A stretch of 32,000 nucleotides of DNA from Mycobacterium leprae TN. GTDB taxonomy: Bacteria; Actinomycetota; Actinomycetes; Mycobacteriales; Mycobacteriaceae. The notes below the pieces were generated by a model that worked only from the letters and a program-made list of their open reading frames with translations, searched no databases and was not told the DNA's origin. Positions 1 through 12,137 of the stretch are shown here, piece after piece; the stretch's first letter is position 1, and every line of letters begins with the position of its first letter. The stretch spans positions 1,560,001 to 1,592,000 of the forward strand of contig NC_002677.1 in assembly GCF_000195855.1 (NCBI RefSeq), read 5' to 3'. The translations under genes and the position numbers were made by a program.

Positions 1-471
1 GATTTTATTCGATCCCGGGATCTGGCGACCGAGCGGAGTGAGGTGGATGTTTTGCCGTTCCAGCTGGTGACCATGGGTCAACCCATTGCTGACTTCGTTG
101 GCGAGTTGTTCGTGTCCAATTCCTATCGTGATTATCTTGAAGTGCATGGCATCGGTGTGCAGCTAACCGAGGCGCTGGCCGAATACTGGCACCGGCGCAT
201 TCGTGAAGAGCTGAAATTCTCCGGAAACCGGACGATGTCGGCTGACGATCCCGAGGCCGTCGAGGACTATTTCAAGCTCGGCTACCGAGGTGCCCGCTTC
301 GCGTTCGGGTATGGAGCATGCCCGGACCTGGAGGACCGGATCAAGATGATGGAGCTGCTTCAACCCGAACGCATCGGTGTAACGATATCTGAAGAGTTGC
401 AGTTACATCCCGAGCAATCGACTGATGCGTTCGTGCTGCACCATCCGGCGGCTAAGTACTTCAACGTCTGA
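1..471 (+). CDS. metH: Methionine synthase (cobalamin-dependent), C-terminal activation domain; 5' end lies outside the window
   Basis: Frame 1 is open from base 1 (DFIRSRDLATERSEVDVLPFQLVTMG...) to the stop at 469-471. It contains the MetH activation-domain signature 'RGARFAFGYGACPDLEDR' and 'ERIGVTISEELQLHPEQSTDAFVLHHPAAKYF'. Confidence 0.93.
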   Translation, partial: DFIRSRDLATERSEVDVLPFQLVTMGQPIADFVGELFVSNSYRDYLEVHGIGVQLTEALAEYWHRRIREELKFSGNRTMSADDPEAVEDYFKLGYRGARFAFGYGACPDLEDRIKMMELLQPERIGVTISEELQLHPEQSTDAFVLHHPAAKYFNV

Positions 472-831
472 GGGCTACCTCGACTCGTCAGCCTTTCAGG
501 TGTGCTGCAGCATTGGCTCCTGGGAAGTTTCACCTATATGGAATTTTCCCAACAGAAAGACTCCTTTAGCTTGGTTGACAGCAGAATTCGTGAGGGGTAC
601 GGCAAATCCGAACAGTTCGATACCGTGGTCGGTGCCGAGGCTCTGCTCGGCTATTCCCTAGGCTGATGCGGTCATGCGTCTGTTGTCTGTGAGGAATTCG
701 AATCGGTACCGTTGACAACGTAATCGCCTTGAGTAGAGCCTACTCCCGGATGCGGGGGGAGAGACGTCGATGTCAGCGTCGTGGCTGTGATGTATGTAGC
801 AGTGGGGCTGGTGCCGATAAACGTGACTACG

Positions 832-1690
832 CTAATCGCGGGCAAGCCCTGCCCGGCCAGGGCCGTTGGAATGTGCCACGTCGATCAGCGGCCCCGCATC
901 TTCGCCCAGCACGCAACCGCCGGCAAGCCCGGTTAGTCCGACCGCATCGATAAGCAGCAGCGGAGCGAACGGGCCGAAATAGATCATGGTGTATAATACT
1001 GCGTAAGCGATGATTGTGGCGACCTGACTGGACCCCAGGTAGGTGAGTGCGTTCGGTAGCTGGGTGGTGATCATGCTGAGAGGTCCGGACAGGAATTCGA
1101 CGGCTAGGTTACAGAGAAAATCCAGTAACTTCTTGATTAACTTAACAATTAATTTGTTGGTTGGGTCGGGGAAACTGCTATCTGAGCCGTCGGTGGCGAC
1201 GATGTTACGGCGCGGGTGATGTCGTCCGCCTCCAGGCATTCGTTTGAGACCACTTAATAGACGCTCATCGTGGTTGTTGCCTGAACCCGCATCTCCATGT
1301 AGTCGGCTGTGTCGAATGCGAGGGGATATGGTGTTGATGCCAAAGAAATTGGTGTCGTGACCAGTGCTGTATACTAAGCATGGTTGGCTGCGAGGGCGGT
1401 GAGAGTCGGTATGCCGTTCGATGCGGAGGTGTAACCGGTGGAGGCAAGTTCGTGGCCAACCGCCTCCGCAATGGCCACTGCGGAGGCGGTCGGCCACGAA
1501 CAAAAGAACGGTCGATGGGCCGTGACGAACCGCTCTGCGCTCGGCCCCGTCTCACCTGGTTGCAGGAGAGGATACGAGAATTGGCGCGAGTTTTGTTGTA
1601 GCTTCAGTTATTTGGTCTACCAGAAGTGGTCAGGGACCGGCACCAGTGGACAACAGCACTCAATGCACTTTGAGGACAATGCCAGTTACA
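832..1690 (-). pseudogene. PPE-family protein pseudogene (position corresponds to Rv2123/PPE37)
   Basis: Frame-hopping translation of the minus strand gives 'GPSAERFVTAHRPF', then 'GYTSASNGIPTLTALAANH', 'TNFFGINTI', 'PLAFDTADYMEMRVQATTTMS' and a hydrophobic C-terminal part. These are hallmark PPE segments broken across frames. The upstream boundary is approximate. Confidence 0.78.
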
Positions 1691-1965
1691 CCGTAGGCGT
1701 CACGTTTCGTGGTTTACCGTCCTCAAGCCACAACATATACGAGGTTAGACTAAGCTAATATCAAGGTGTCTTAGTCCAGTATGGTGGCTTTGGATGGCCG
1801 TGCCCCGAGCCTCGGGGTAGGCATCCATCGTCGGTGTGCGAGGTAGTCCCGCCTCGGGAAGGCGTTGGCCATGCTCAACGGCACGTTGTTTGCGGTTTTG
1901 CCGCTGCGCGACTGGGGGCGTATCAAGTCGACCGGTGAAACCGCCGCGACTTTGCTGGCTGGCAT

Positions 1966-2247
1966 GTGAAACAATCGCTGGCCGTGAAGACCTTCGAGGA
2001 TCTGTTCGCCGAACTCAGCGAACGTGCCCGTACCCGGCCTACCGACAGTGCCACAGTGGCCTCCCTGGACGGTGGGATACATGCGCTGGGCAAAAAGATC
2101 CTAGAGGAGGCCGGCGAGGTGTGGTTGGCTGCCGAACACGAACCCAAGGAAGTGTTGGCCGAAGAGATCAGCCAGTTGCTGTACTGGACCCAGGTGCTGA
2201 TGATCTCGCGCGGACTGTCGCTCGATGACGTCTATCGGAAGCTGTGA
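1966..2247 (+). CDS. hisE: Phosphoribosyl-ATP pyrophosphatase
   Basis: 93-aa ORF with '[14 protein letters not shown]...[51 protein letters not shown]'. It sits immediately upstream of hisG with overlapping or abutting ends. Confidence 0.96.
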   Translation: MKQSLAVKTFEDLFAELSERARTRPTDSATVASLDGGIHALGKKILEEAGEVWLAAEHEPKEVLAEEISQLLYWTQVLMISRGLSLDDVYRKL

Positions 2248-2249
2248 GC

Positions 2250-3113
2250 ATGCTGCGGGTTGCCGTTCCTAACAAAGGTGCGCTAAGCGAGCCGGCTACC
2301 GAGATCCTTGCTGAGGCTGGCTATCGACGACGCACTGATCCCAAAGACCTTACTGTTGTCGACCCCGTTAACCGCGTTGAGTTTTTCTTTCTGCGGCCCA
2401 AAGACATTGCCATCTATGTCGGTTCCGGAGATCTGGACTTCGGCATTACCGGACGAGACCTGGTGCACGATTCTGATGCGTCGGTGTGTGAACGCCTGGC
2501 GCTGGGTTTCGGATCGTCCAGCTTCCGTTATGCCGGGCCTGCCGGACGCGACTGGACGACGTCGGATCTGGCCGGAAAAAGGATCGCCACCGCTTACTCG
2601 AATTTGGTACGAAAGGACCTGGTTGCCAAGGGTATTGAAGCAACAGTTATAAGACTTGACGGCGCTGTAGAGATCTCGGTGCAACTTGGGGTGGCCGACG
2701 TCATCGCTGACGTGGTCGGGTCCGGACGCACCCTGAGCTTGCATGACCTCGTGGCTTTTGGCGAGCCGCTGTGTGATTCGGAGGCGGTGTTGATCGAGCG
2801 TGGTGATCGGGGCAGCCTCGATCACCACGAGACCGTTGCAGCTCGCGATCAATTGGTCGCTCGGGTCCAAGGGGTGGTGTTTGGTCAACAATACTTGATG
2901 CTGGACTACGACTGCCCGCGCTCAGTACTGGACAAGGCTACGTTGATCACGTCGGGACTGGAGTCACCGACCATAGCTCCACTAGCCGAGCCAGGCTGGG
3001 TGGCAATTCGTGCATTGGTGCCCCGCCGAGACATCAACGGGATTATGGACGAGCTTGCCGCCATCGGAGCCAAAGCGATTCTGGCTTCTGACATTAGGTT
3101 TTGCCGGTTTTGA
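2250..3113 (+). CDS. hisG: ATP phosphoribosyltransferase
   Basis: ORF '[25 protein letters not shown]...' with '[13 protein letters not shown]' and C-terminal '[39 protein letters not shown]'. The track start of 2244 adds two residues; MLRV at 2250 is more typical. Confidence 0.96.
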   Translation: MLRVAVPNKGALSEPATEILAEAGYRRRTDPKDLTVVDPVNRVEFFFLRPKDIAIYVGSGDLDFGITGRDLVHDSDASVCERLALGFGSSSFRYAGPAGRDWTTSDLAGKRIATAYSNLVRKDLVAKGIEATVIRLDGAVEISVQLGVADVIADVVGSGRTLSLHDLVAFGEPLCDSEAVLIERGDRGSLDHHETVAARDQLVARVQGVVFGQQYLMLDYDCPRSVLDKATLITSGLESPTIAPLAEPGWVAIRALVPRRDINGIMDELAAIGAKAILASDIRFCRF

Positions 3114-5152
3114 AACTTCGTTGTGTTAGTCGTTCGGCTACGGCTGATTTCCATCGGACTAATGGCACCCCCTGTGGGTTATAATCCGTATTGGTTGCCG
3201 AGCTGTTCCTCTTGACGGGAGGAACTCCGTGACGCATTACCTGGTTCTTTTGATTGGTGTTAACGTCGAGTCATGTTCCCTGACTGTTTCCGCGGTAGTT
3301 TCCTGAGCAGCTCTCTACTCGTCTGGATCAACTTCTTTAGTACAACCTCGAATTGAGGTAGGTCATTTCACCTCTGTTGTGATCCTCATTGTTATTGCGG
3401 TCACAGAGCTGTGTCAATGACAAGCTTCCTAAAACATCGACTTGTATCGTGCCTCCGGCGTTTACTGTGCGGAGCATGACAGGCGCGTTTGTCGGCGTCG
3501 TAATAGGTACATTCAGGTGCTATTTGTGGATCGCACTTGGTGCCGTCCTCGTCGGTGAGGTGTTCGGGATCCTGGCCAGTTTTTAGGCACGCAATCGGCT
3601 GGTCGTTGCCCGGGGCATATAGGACCTGCTGGATCGTGCTGTTGGAGGATGCGGTCACGGTCTTGGGCTGGTTCGCAATCGTTACGCTCACGGGTTCTCT
3701 ATGGGTAAGCATGTCGATCCAGTCATCGTCGGCGACGGTCAGGCTGATGGCTGCCGAACAGCTCGTGGCGATAGTGGAAGTGCAAAATTATCGGTGGCAC
3801 CTGTGTCAACACCGGATGCATTCCAACCAAGAAGTTGGTAGTTAGCGCGCATGCTGCGTAGTTGGACTGCCGTGGCAGTGTAATACAATGGAAGCACTGG
3901 GCCAATCAGTGTGAGACATGGCGAAAGTCAAGGCGCGCAAAGATGTTAGGGTGTTGAAATCTGTTTAGATAACATGGACACCTGCACCGTCTTTCGTGGT
4001 TACACTTCTTTTGAGGATCCGCGTACCCGCTGCTGCGGCGAGGACTTGCTGCGCGCTGACCGGATCTTCCTCAATGCCGGTGGTCATGCGGTGGTGTCGG
4101 ACATCCCGGGGCTCTGCGATATCGAATTCCTTACCTATGTTGTATAGATTCTCGAATTCGTCACGTTGTTATCCCATCTCGTCATTCTGCGGGGGCAGTT
4201 ACATCGTGTTGGATTTTGTGTAGATGTATCGTCGCTTCGAAGCCTGGGTGGTTCGTCGAAAGGAGTCTACGACTAGCCTTCCGCGAAGAAAGGGATGTCT
4301 TAACTGCCACCAGAGAGATCCTGGAAGCTGAAGGTATCGATATTGTCGCCGGCGCTAATGATATGTGGGTTAGTAAGCGTCACAGTGATTCCTGAGGATT
4401 TGCGCTCACACCTAGTACTGGTGTTGTTCCGATTCAGGGCACCCATCTATTGTTGGCCGTGGGACGGCGGCCTAACAACGACGACCTGGTTCTTTGAGGT
4501 CGTCGTTGTGCATATCGACAGTCGCAGCTGAATCGCAGTCGACAGCCAACTCAAGATCAATATCGACCATATTTGGGCGATGGTGGATTGCAATGGCAAT
4601 GGGTGCTTTCATTCACACTATCATACAATTATTACGAAATTGTTGCCGCCAACTTGATCGACGATGACCCGCTTGGGGTGAATGAACTCATCACCACCTA
4701 TGCGCTGTATATCGACTCCTTGCTGGGGAGCGGCGGCATGACCGCCGATCAGGCTCACGTATCGGGCAGCAAGGCACTAGTTGGTTAGTGATCAATGACT
4801 AGGGTTGGGCATAGAAGTGGAAAAGGTGAGATACAAGGCTATATAAAGTACAGTAGTCGACGCCGATACCCACTAGGTCCCTGGGAGAAAACATCTTTGG
4901 AGTCGACGGTGACGAAGCGATTCACGTCATTTTGGACGTCATGTCAGCCAAAGCACCCTACACCACGCTAGTGCGCACGATGCATATCCATCCTATCGTC
5001 AGCATTTCATTCCCAGGATGCTGCAGGAGATGTGGCTACTCGAGTAGTGCCCGGGCGCTAATTGGGTGTTCCCGACGGCAAGATCGACGGCAGCGTGCAG
5101 GCTACTTGCCCTTTTTCGTGCCAGCGCAAATCTTGACGAAAACTCGCCTCGG

Positions 5153-6037
5153 CTAGGCCGCCGATTCCGTTAGGCGGGAAACGGCTTCCGTGTGCGAATG
5201 ATCCGGCCATCCAGGGTAGGGCGGCGGCGTCCCACCGAAAGCCGGACAATGCTCCTGGTGCGGGCACCACCCGCATAACCGCGACGGGTTGGGACGGAAA
5301 TCGCCTGTTTCACCAGAGAATTGGATCGTGCGCCAGATCGCCATCAACGTCTTTCCGAAGCGCAACAGCTCGTCACGATCCGGCGCATAGTCCAGCAGCT
5401 GGCTGTCAGCAAGGTAGATGAGCCGCAGCCGGGCGGGCAGCACACCGCGTGAATGCAGCAACGTCAATGCGTAAAACTTCATTTGGAACATAGCCTTGAA
5501 CTCGGCTAGAGCTTGTGCAGCCGGCGGGGCCTTGCCGGTCTTGTAGTCCACCACCCGTAGCTCGCCGGTGGCGGCGACGTCGATCCGGTCGATAAAGCCG
5601 CGCAGCAATAGGCCGTCGGCCAGTTCGACTTCCACACGTTGTTCGCAGCTTTGCGGGTTGAAGCGGGTGGGGTCTTCGAGCCGGTAATAACCGGAGAGCA
5701 ATGTGCGGGCTTCGTCCAGCAATTGGGTTCGCTGCTTAGCATCCAGCTCGCCGTCCAGGTCTCGTTCTGCAGCGATCATCTGGTTCCACACGGACTCCAC
5801 GAGCGATCGCGCAGTGTCTGAGCAGCGCCGCAGCGCGGGCAGACCATAAAGTCGTTGCAGCGTGGTGTGCACCACTGAGCCGAGGAGCTGCGCGGCAGAC
5901 GGTGCTTCGGGCAACCGGTCGATCGCCCGGAACCGATACAGTAGTGGGCACTGCTTGAAGTCCGCCGCACGCGACGGTGATAGCGCCAGTCGTGGCGAAC
6001 ACAGATCCGCTCGAAGTGGCTTCGGCTGGTCGATCAT
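5153..6037 (-). CDS. RecB-like PD-(D/E)XK family exonuclease (Rv2119-like)
   Basis: 294-aa ORF with 'LSPSRAADFKQCPLLYRFRAIDRLPE', 'GSVVHTTLQRLY', 'LRGFIDRID...GELRVVDYKTGKAP' and the C-terminal Cys cluster 'LCGWCPHQEHCPAF', as in Cas4/RecB-like nuclease domains. It is divergent from trmI. Confidence 0.9.
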   Translation of the reverse strand: MIDQPKPLRADLCSPRLALSPSRAADFKQCPLLYRFRAIDRLPEAPSAAQLLGSVVHTTLQRLYGLPALRRCSDTARSLVESVWNQMIAAERDLDGELDAKQRTQLLDEARTLLSGYYRLEDPTRFNPQSCEQRVEVELADGLLLRGFIDRIDVAATGELRVVDYKTGKAPPAAQALAEFKAMFQMKFYALTLLHSRGVLPARLRLIYLADSQLLDYAPDRDELLRFGKTLMAIWRTIQFSGETGDFRPNPSRLCGWCPHQEHCPAFGGTPPPYPGWPDHSHTEAVSRLTESAA

Positions 6038-6050
6038 GACGGCAGCCTAG

Positions 6051-6956
<906 letters not shown>

Positions 6957-7069
6957 AAACGGTGAGGAGCGTGACAGCTAGTGATGATCGCGAGTGCGAC
7001 GAAGCCGACCGTAGCGGGTTATCACTATCGGATTTAGCACTATCGACCGTACCGGAGAACCGCTTGGGC

Positions 7070-7363
7070 TTAATCGTCGCTGTGGTGCAGGCCGCGGCGA
7101 ACGTGGAGCAGCTCGAACTCGGGATGTGCGGCTACCAGGCGTTCGCTGGCATCGAGCACATCAACGGTATGACTGCGGTCGCTAGACACCATAGCCACAC
7201 CGATGCCAGCTCGGCGATACAAGTCGTGTGAACCGGTCTCAGCGGCCGACACGCTGAACTTGTGTTGTAGCTCAGCGAGAACTGGGCGTATTAGCGACCG
7301 CTTTTGTTTGAGTGAATGGACGTCGCCTAGCAGCACATCGAATTCGAGCCAGCCGATCCACAT
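7070..7363 (-). CDS. DUF503 family conserved protein (Rv2117-like)
   Basis: ORF 'MWIGWLEFDVLLGDVHSLKQKRSLIRPVLAELQHKFSVSAAETGSHDLYRRAGIGVAMVSSD' is a typical DUF503 sequence. The track start is 7375; Met at 7363 is favoured. Confidence 0.88.
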   Translation of the reverse strand: MWIGWLEFDVLLGDVHSLKQKRSLIRPVLAELQHKFSVSAAETGSHDLYRRAGIGVAMVSSDRSHTVDVLDASERLVAAHPEFELLHVRRGLHHSDD

Positions 7364-7371
7364 ACCGCGGA

Positions 7372-7962
7372 TCAATGCGAAGGTGTTGGGGTCGGCGCCT
7401 TGATTGGTGCTGGGTTAGTTAGGCCCGATGAATTTCCGAACTCTAGCAGCATGTCTGCGGTTCGCTTGGATAACTGCCAGCTCTGTTGCGGGGGCGGGAA
7501 GGGTGTGAACTCCATCGGGAACGAGAATACGCTGTTGTTCGTTTGGGCGATGTTGACACTGATAGTGGCTAGCACATCGGACGGATTCTTGTTTGACCAT
7601 GCGATGTTGTTCGCCGTGAAGGTCATCGGCAGGTAGCCGTTGTCCCGTAATGCGTTGCTGAATTTGTCCAGGGTGACAGCGCTGTCAGGGGTTGCGCTTT
7701 CGATGAGGGGTAACTTGTCGATGCCCGGAATGTTGGGGTCGGCGAGCCGGCTAAGCACATTGGTAAGGACTTCCGGAGCCGGCAGGCCAGTAGCTGGCGG
7801 AGCAGTAATTGAACTCGAAATGCCTGGGAAAGTGGATGGGACAGCCGACTCTGATGTGCTGGAGTTGCCATGTGCACATCCCGAGGACCCAAATCCTGCC
7901 GTGGTTACGATAGCGCTCAGGGCGATGAAAAAGGTTCGATGCGTCCAGCGCGACACGTTCAA
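7372..7962 (-). CDS. lppK: Putative lipoprotein LppK
   Basis: N-terminal signal-like segment followed by Cys ('FIALSAIVTTAGFGSSGCAHG'), then 'LSRLADPNIPGIDKLPLIESATPDSAVTLDKFSNALRDNGYLPMTFTANNIAW', resembling Rv2116. Synteny agrees. Confidence 0.82.
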   Translation of the reverse strand: MNVSRWTHRTFFIALSAIVTTAGFGSSGCAHGNSSTSESAVPSTFPGISSSITAPPATGLPAPEVLTNVLSRLADPNIPGIDKLPLIESATPDSAVTLDKFSNALRDNGYLPMTFTANNIAWSNKNPSDVLATISVNIAQTNNSVFSFPMEFTPFPPPQQSWQLSKRTADMLLEFGNSSGLTNPAPIKAPTPTPSH

Positions 7963-8243
7963 CTACGCGTCTACGTCGATTGACTGCAGCAGCAGGCTAG
8001 CGGGTGCAAGGGAAATCACATGGCTGGCACACGCGCCTCGGACGACAATATGTGCCGCTATGTGTATGGCGAGGTACTGTATAGTCACCGCTGCCCTTTC
8101 GATCGGCTAACTCAGCGCAGAGCTTACCAACGCTACCGGAGACACGGCTTTTGGCGGCATTTCACTTCTGCGTACGATAGAGGCAATCACCGGTAGCGTT
8201 GAAACATTCGCCGTGCTATTTCGGTGCGGGAAAGGAGCGCAAG

Positions 8244-10073
8244 GTGGGTGAGTCAGAGCGTTCTGAAGCATTCAATCCCCCTCGTGAAGCGGGCATGTCC
8301 AGCGGCGATATTGCTGAATTGGAACAACTACGACGCGAGATAGTGGTGTTGCGTGAGCAACTTGAGCATGCGGTTGGACCGCATGGGAGTGTCCGCTCTG
8401 TGCGCGATGTGCATCAGCTCGAAGCTCGAATTGACTCGCTTACGGCCCGCAATTCTAAATTAATGGACACTCTTAAAGAAGCCCGTCAACAACTGTTGGC
8501 GCTGCGTGAGGAAGTCGACCGGCTAGGACAGCCGCCCAGCGGGTACGGCGTGCTATTGGCCGCTCACGATGACGAAACGGTCGATGTGTTCACGTCGGGC
8601 CGCAAGATGCGGCTCACGTGCTCACCTAATATCGAGGTTGCGTCGTTACGGAAGGGCCAGACCGTCCGGCTCAACGAGGCCCTGACCGTCGTCGAAGCTG
8701 GTACCTTCGAGGCGGTCGGTGAGGTATCCACCTTGCGGGAGGTCTTGGCGGACGGTCACCGCGCGCTGGTCGTCGGCCACGCTGACGAGGAACGCATCGT
8801 TTGTTTAGCTGAGCCGCTGGTTGCCGAGAATTTGCTGGACGGCGTTCCCGGTGCCCTCAACGATGATAGCCGGCCGCGCAAACTGCGTCCTGGAGACTCG
8901 CTGTTGGTCGACCCCAAGGCCGGCTATGCTTTCGAACGTGTCCCCAAGGCCGAGGTTGAAGACCTGGTGCTGGAAGAGGTGCCCGATGTTAGCTACCAGG
9001 ACATCGGCGGTCTGACCCGCCAGATCGAACAGATCCGCGATGCCGTGGAGCTGCCGTTCCTGCACAAGGAGTTGTACCGGGAGTACGCACTGCGCCCACC
9101 CAAAGGGGTGTTACTTTATGGTCCGCCCGGCTGTGGCAAGACACTGATCGCCAAGGCGGTGGCCAACTCTCTGGCTAAGAAGATGGCTGAGGTTCGCGGC
9201 GACGACGCCCGCGAGGCTAAATCGTACTTCCTCAACATCAAAGGTCCCGAACTATTGAACAAGTTCGTCGGCGAGACTGAACGACACATCCGGCTGATCT
9301 TCCAGCGCGCGAGAGAGAAGGCGTCGGAAGGAACACCGGTGATCGTGTTCTTCGACGAGATGGACTCGATTTTCCGTACCCGCGGCACCGGTGTCTCCTC
9401 GGATGTCGAGACAACCGTGGTGCCGCAGCTGCTCAGCGAGATCGACGGGGTAGAAGGCCTCGAGAACGTCATCGTGATCGGCGCCTCCAACCGCGAAGAC
9501 ATGATCGACCCCGCGATTCTGCGGCCCGGGCGTCTCGACGTGAAGATCAAGATCGAACGGCCCGATGCCGAAGCGGCGCAAGACATCTACTCGAAGTACC
9601 TGACCGAGTCGCTGCCGGTGCATGCCGACGACCTCACCGAGTTCGATGGTGACCGTGCGGCTTGCATAAAGGCCATGATCGAAAAGGTTGTCGACCGGAT
9701 GTATGCCGAGATCGACGACAACCGTTTCCTGGAAGTCACTTATGCCAACGGGGACAAGGAAGTCATGTACTTTAAGGACTTCAACTCCGGGGCGATGATC
9801 CAAAACGTCGTAGATCGGGCGAAGAAGAACGCCATCAAGTCAGTGCTGGAGACCGGTCAACCCGGGTTGCGAATTCAACATCTGCTCGACTCGATCGTTG
9901 ACGAGTTCGCTGAAAACGAGGATCTTCCCAACACCACCAATCCTGATGACTGGGCGCGGATTTCGGGCAAGAAGGGTGAGCGGATCGTCTACATTCGCAC
10001 TTTGGTTACTGGTAAGAGTTCGAGTGCCAGCCGGGCAATTGATACTGAATCCAACCTCGGCCAGTACCTGTAG
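8244..10073 (+). CDS. mpa: Proteasomal AAA+ ATPase (ARC/Mpa), Pup-dependent unfoldase
   Basis: GTG start at 8244 ([10 protein letters not shown]...) after an 'aaaggagcg' RBS at 8231-8239; the track start of 8199 is upstream. Contains an N-terminal coiled coil, Walker A 'GPPGCGKT', Walker B 'VIVFFDEMD' and C-terminal 'NLGQYL' with the penultimate Tyr used for proteasome docking. Confidence 0.98.
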   Translation: MGESERSEAFNPPREAGMSSGDIAELEQLRREIVVLREQLEHAVGPHGSVRSVRDVHQLEARIDSLTARNSKLMDTLKEARQQLLALREEVDRLGQPPSGYGVLLAAHDDETVDVFTSGRKMRLTCSPNIEVASLRKGQTVRLNEALTVVEAGTFEAVGEVSTLREVLADGHRALVVGHADEERIVCLAEPLVAENLLDGVPGALNDDSRPRKLRPGDSLLVDPKAGYAFERVPKAEVEDLVLEEVPDVSYQDIGGLTRQIEQIRDAVELPFLHKELYREYALRPPKGVLLYGPPGCGKTLIAKAVANSLAKKMAEVRGDDAREAKSYFLNIKGPELLNKFVGETERHIRLIFQRAREKASEGTPVIVFFDEMDSIFRTRGTGVSSDVETTVVPQLLSEIDGVEGLENVIVIGASNREDMIDPAILRPGRLDVKIKIERPDAEAAQDIYSKYLTESLPVHADDLTEFDGDRAACIKAMIEKVVDRMYAEIDDNRFLEVTYANGDKEVMYFKDFNSGAMIQNVVDRAKKNAIKSVLETGQPGLRIQHLLDSIVDEFAENEDLPNTTNPDDWARISGKKGERIVYIRTLVTGKSSSASRAIDTESNLGQYL

Positions 10074-10674
10074 GCATGGGCGTTGAGGTCTGTCGGTCTC
10101 CCGCGCGTAGCTGTTGGTCAGATCGTCCTGCAAGACGTGGGCTGGCTGGGTTCTCGTGTCCACGCTCAACAGGTCCGGTAGGCACACACGACTGCTTAGT
10201 TCCATCTGGCCGACAGGTCGATCCTGCCGGCTGGCGCCAGGCTGGGTCATCTCCATGGCAGGTGAGGGTCACGGCCCTGACTCCGGGTCTTTAATCACCC
10301 AGCATTGTCCCTCAGGATTGGTCAGTTCGTAGATTTCTTCTCCTGCACTGACGATGAAGATGGTGTTGCAGCTCATCTGATTAACGGTGTAGAGCGATCG
10401 GTGTGCTCGTGTCGGTAACGGTTTCGCGCAATCAGGGTGGTGTGTAAATTATCGATTGGCAAGTCGCAGAATATCTGCACGGTATTCCACGTCGCCGACG
10501 GCACGCACGCTAATGTAGCTAATGTAGATGGATATCAACGCGCTGAGGAAAGACACATATGGATTCAGAGAGTTCGGCGCCGGAAGTGTCATGACCAACA
10601 TGTGTCACGCCACTGGTGCTGGTGTGTGTACGTTCTGTGAGCAGCGCTGGACTCAGCACGATCAGCCCGAGGAC

Positions 10675-10714
10675 GATGTAGATGGTGGCGGTTACTACCG
10701 CCACCATCTACATC
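10675..10714. repeat. Perfect 18-bp inverted repeat with a 4-nt loop
   Basis: GATGTAGATGGTGGCGGT-tact-ACCGCCACCATCTACATC. The arms are exact reverse complements, read directly from the sequence. Confidence 0.93.
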
Positions 10715-12137
10715 TGCATCAGTTGTGAAGTGGCCATCACGAAGACGACGTTGAGACGTTCGGCTCTGGTGAGTGCGGCACTGGGTGAGGCGTCTAGCAT
10801 CGCCGCTACGGGTAGTGTCCGGGGGCCAGCCTTTCGGTCCTCCTACGGCAGCTCCACAGTCGACTTCATCGTCGGTTTGACCCGGTTCGATGGTGGCGGA
10901 GAGGACACAGGTGCTTTTGCGGTGCCGGTCAGAAAAATCATCGCCAGCCATAGTGCTCCCTGATGAGCGTCGTGGCCACAATCCAGACGTAGGTGTTGAA
11001 AACCACCAGTGTGGTTAGCAGCACAACGGGAGGGTTCGGACCTCCAGGGCACCTACTGTCGGAAGGTGTGACGGTGTCATGCGCATCGCCCATCCCAGCA
11101 CGGATCCCAAAACGCTGGTAGCCAAGATCGGTATTGCGGGCTACCACGAGTACCGATGAAAGCAGGTCAGCGACCCTCTCGCTTTTGACGATTACCATGA
11201 GTACCGTCACTCTGCCGCGCTGGTCGTCGTGATCGCGCATAGTTGGCCGTGTGATAGTTACCTGGACATCCGCCAGCTGACGACCGTTATCAACTAGGAA
11301 GAGGGATCCCGACAACTGACAAGCCTACCCATTTGATTGGTTGTTGGCTCAACCTGGATATCGACGTGGTGGCCGTCGGTGATGATGACGATCGGCATAG
11401 TGCGGGCTTGCTGAGTTCCATAGATCGCCATGATTGGGGCTGGCTGCAACCACAGTCGTCGCCAGCAGCCTCGACGGTTCAGCCACTGCCGGCAAGCCGC
11501 ATTCCAAAAACCAGCTTTAAGCCGTATCACGTGCCGATGCTCGGTAGCAGAGGGAAAGCCTCAAGCTCACTTACCCTAGCGGCGTTGGTGCAAGCGGCAC
11601 TCGACCCAGTCAAGCAGAATTGCACCAGAAGCCGAGTACTATTTGGGACTTGAGATCATATGAAACAGAAGATGATCGCCGAAGCCTGTGTTGTTATTGC
11701 CGGATCTGGAATCGTGGGCACGACTGCCGTGATTCTCCCCCGAGGGTGCCGGAATGCGGGTTGTTTTATGCGAAGCGGTATCTCAAGCCGGAGGACGAAG
11801 CCAGGAGTGTTCACCTTGCTGAGGATCAGCCTACCGAGCTTAGTTTGCTGAGTGTACACGGGTGGGTTATCAGACCCTGCTGAAGTTGTTCTTGCGCATG
11901 CCCGCCGAGGACCGTATGATCGTGTTCAACAACCTGGTCGGCGTGACTAGGTAGTCCCTGTATACAAAGACCGCCCGATGGACCAAACGGCCATCCCCGT
12001 TTCTCTGTATGCCGGCGGCCAACTTGTTTACGGATTAATCGGCAAAGCGCTCCACTCGCTGGTGCAACTTGGCCGGATTTCATAGCGGAATGTATTGGTG
12101 ATCGTTGGCCTGACTTAAAGAGGATTGGCACTTTCAG

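Noticed and set aside
9116-9803. Long minus-strand ORFs (9116..9586 and 9252..9803) antisense to mpa
   Set aside because: Typical mirror ORFs in a GC-rich coding gene. They have no recognisable domain, and the plus-strand Mpa call is unambiguous.
10675-10714. Rho-independent terminator for mpa
   Set aside because: It lies about 600 bp downstream of the mpa stop and has no T-tract on either side, so termination is not supported by sequence alone.
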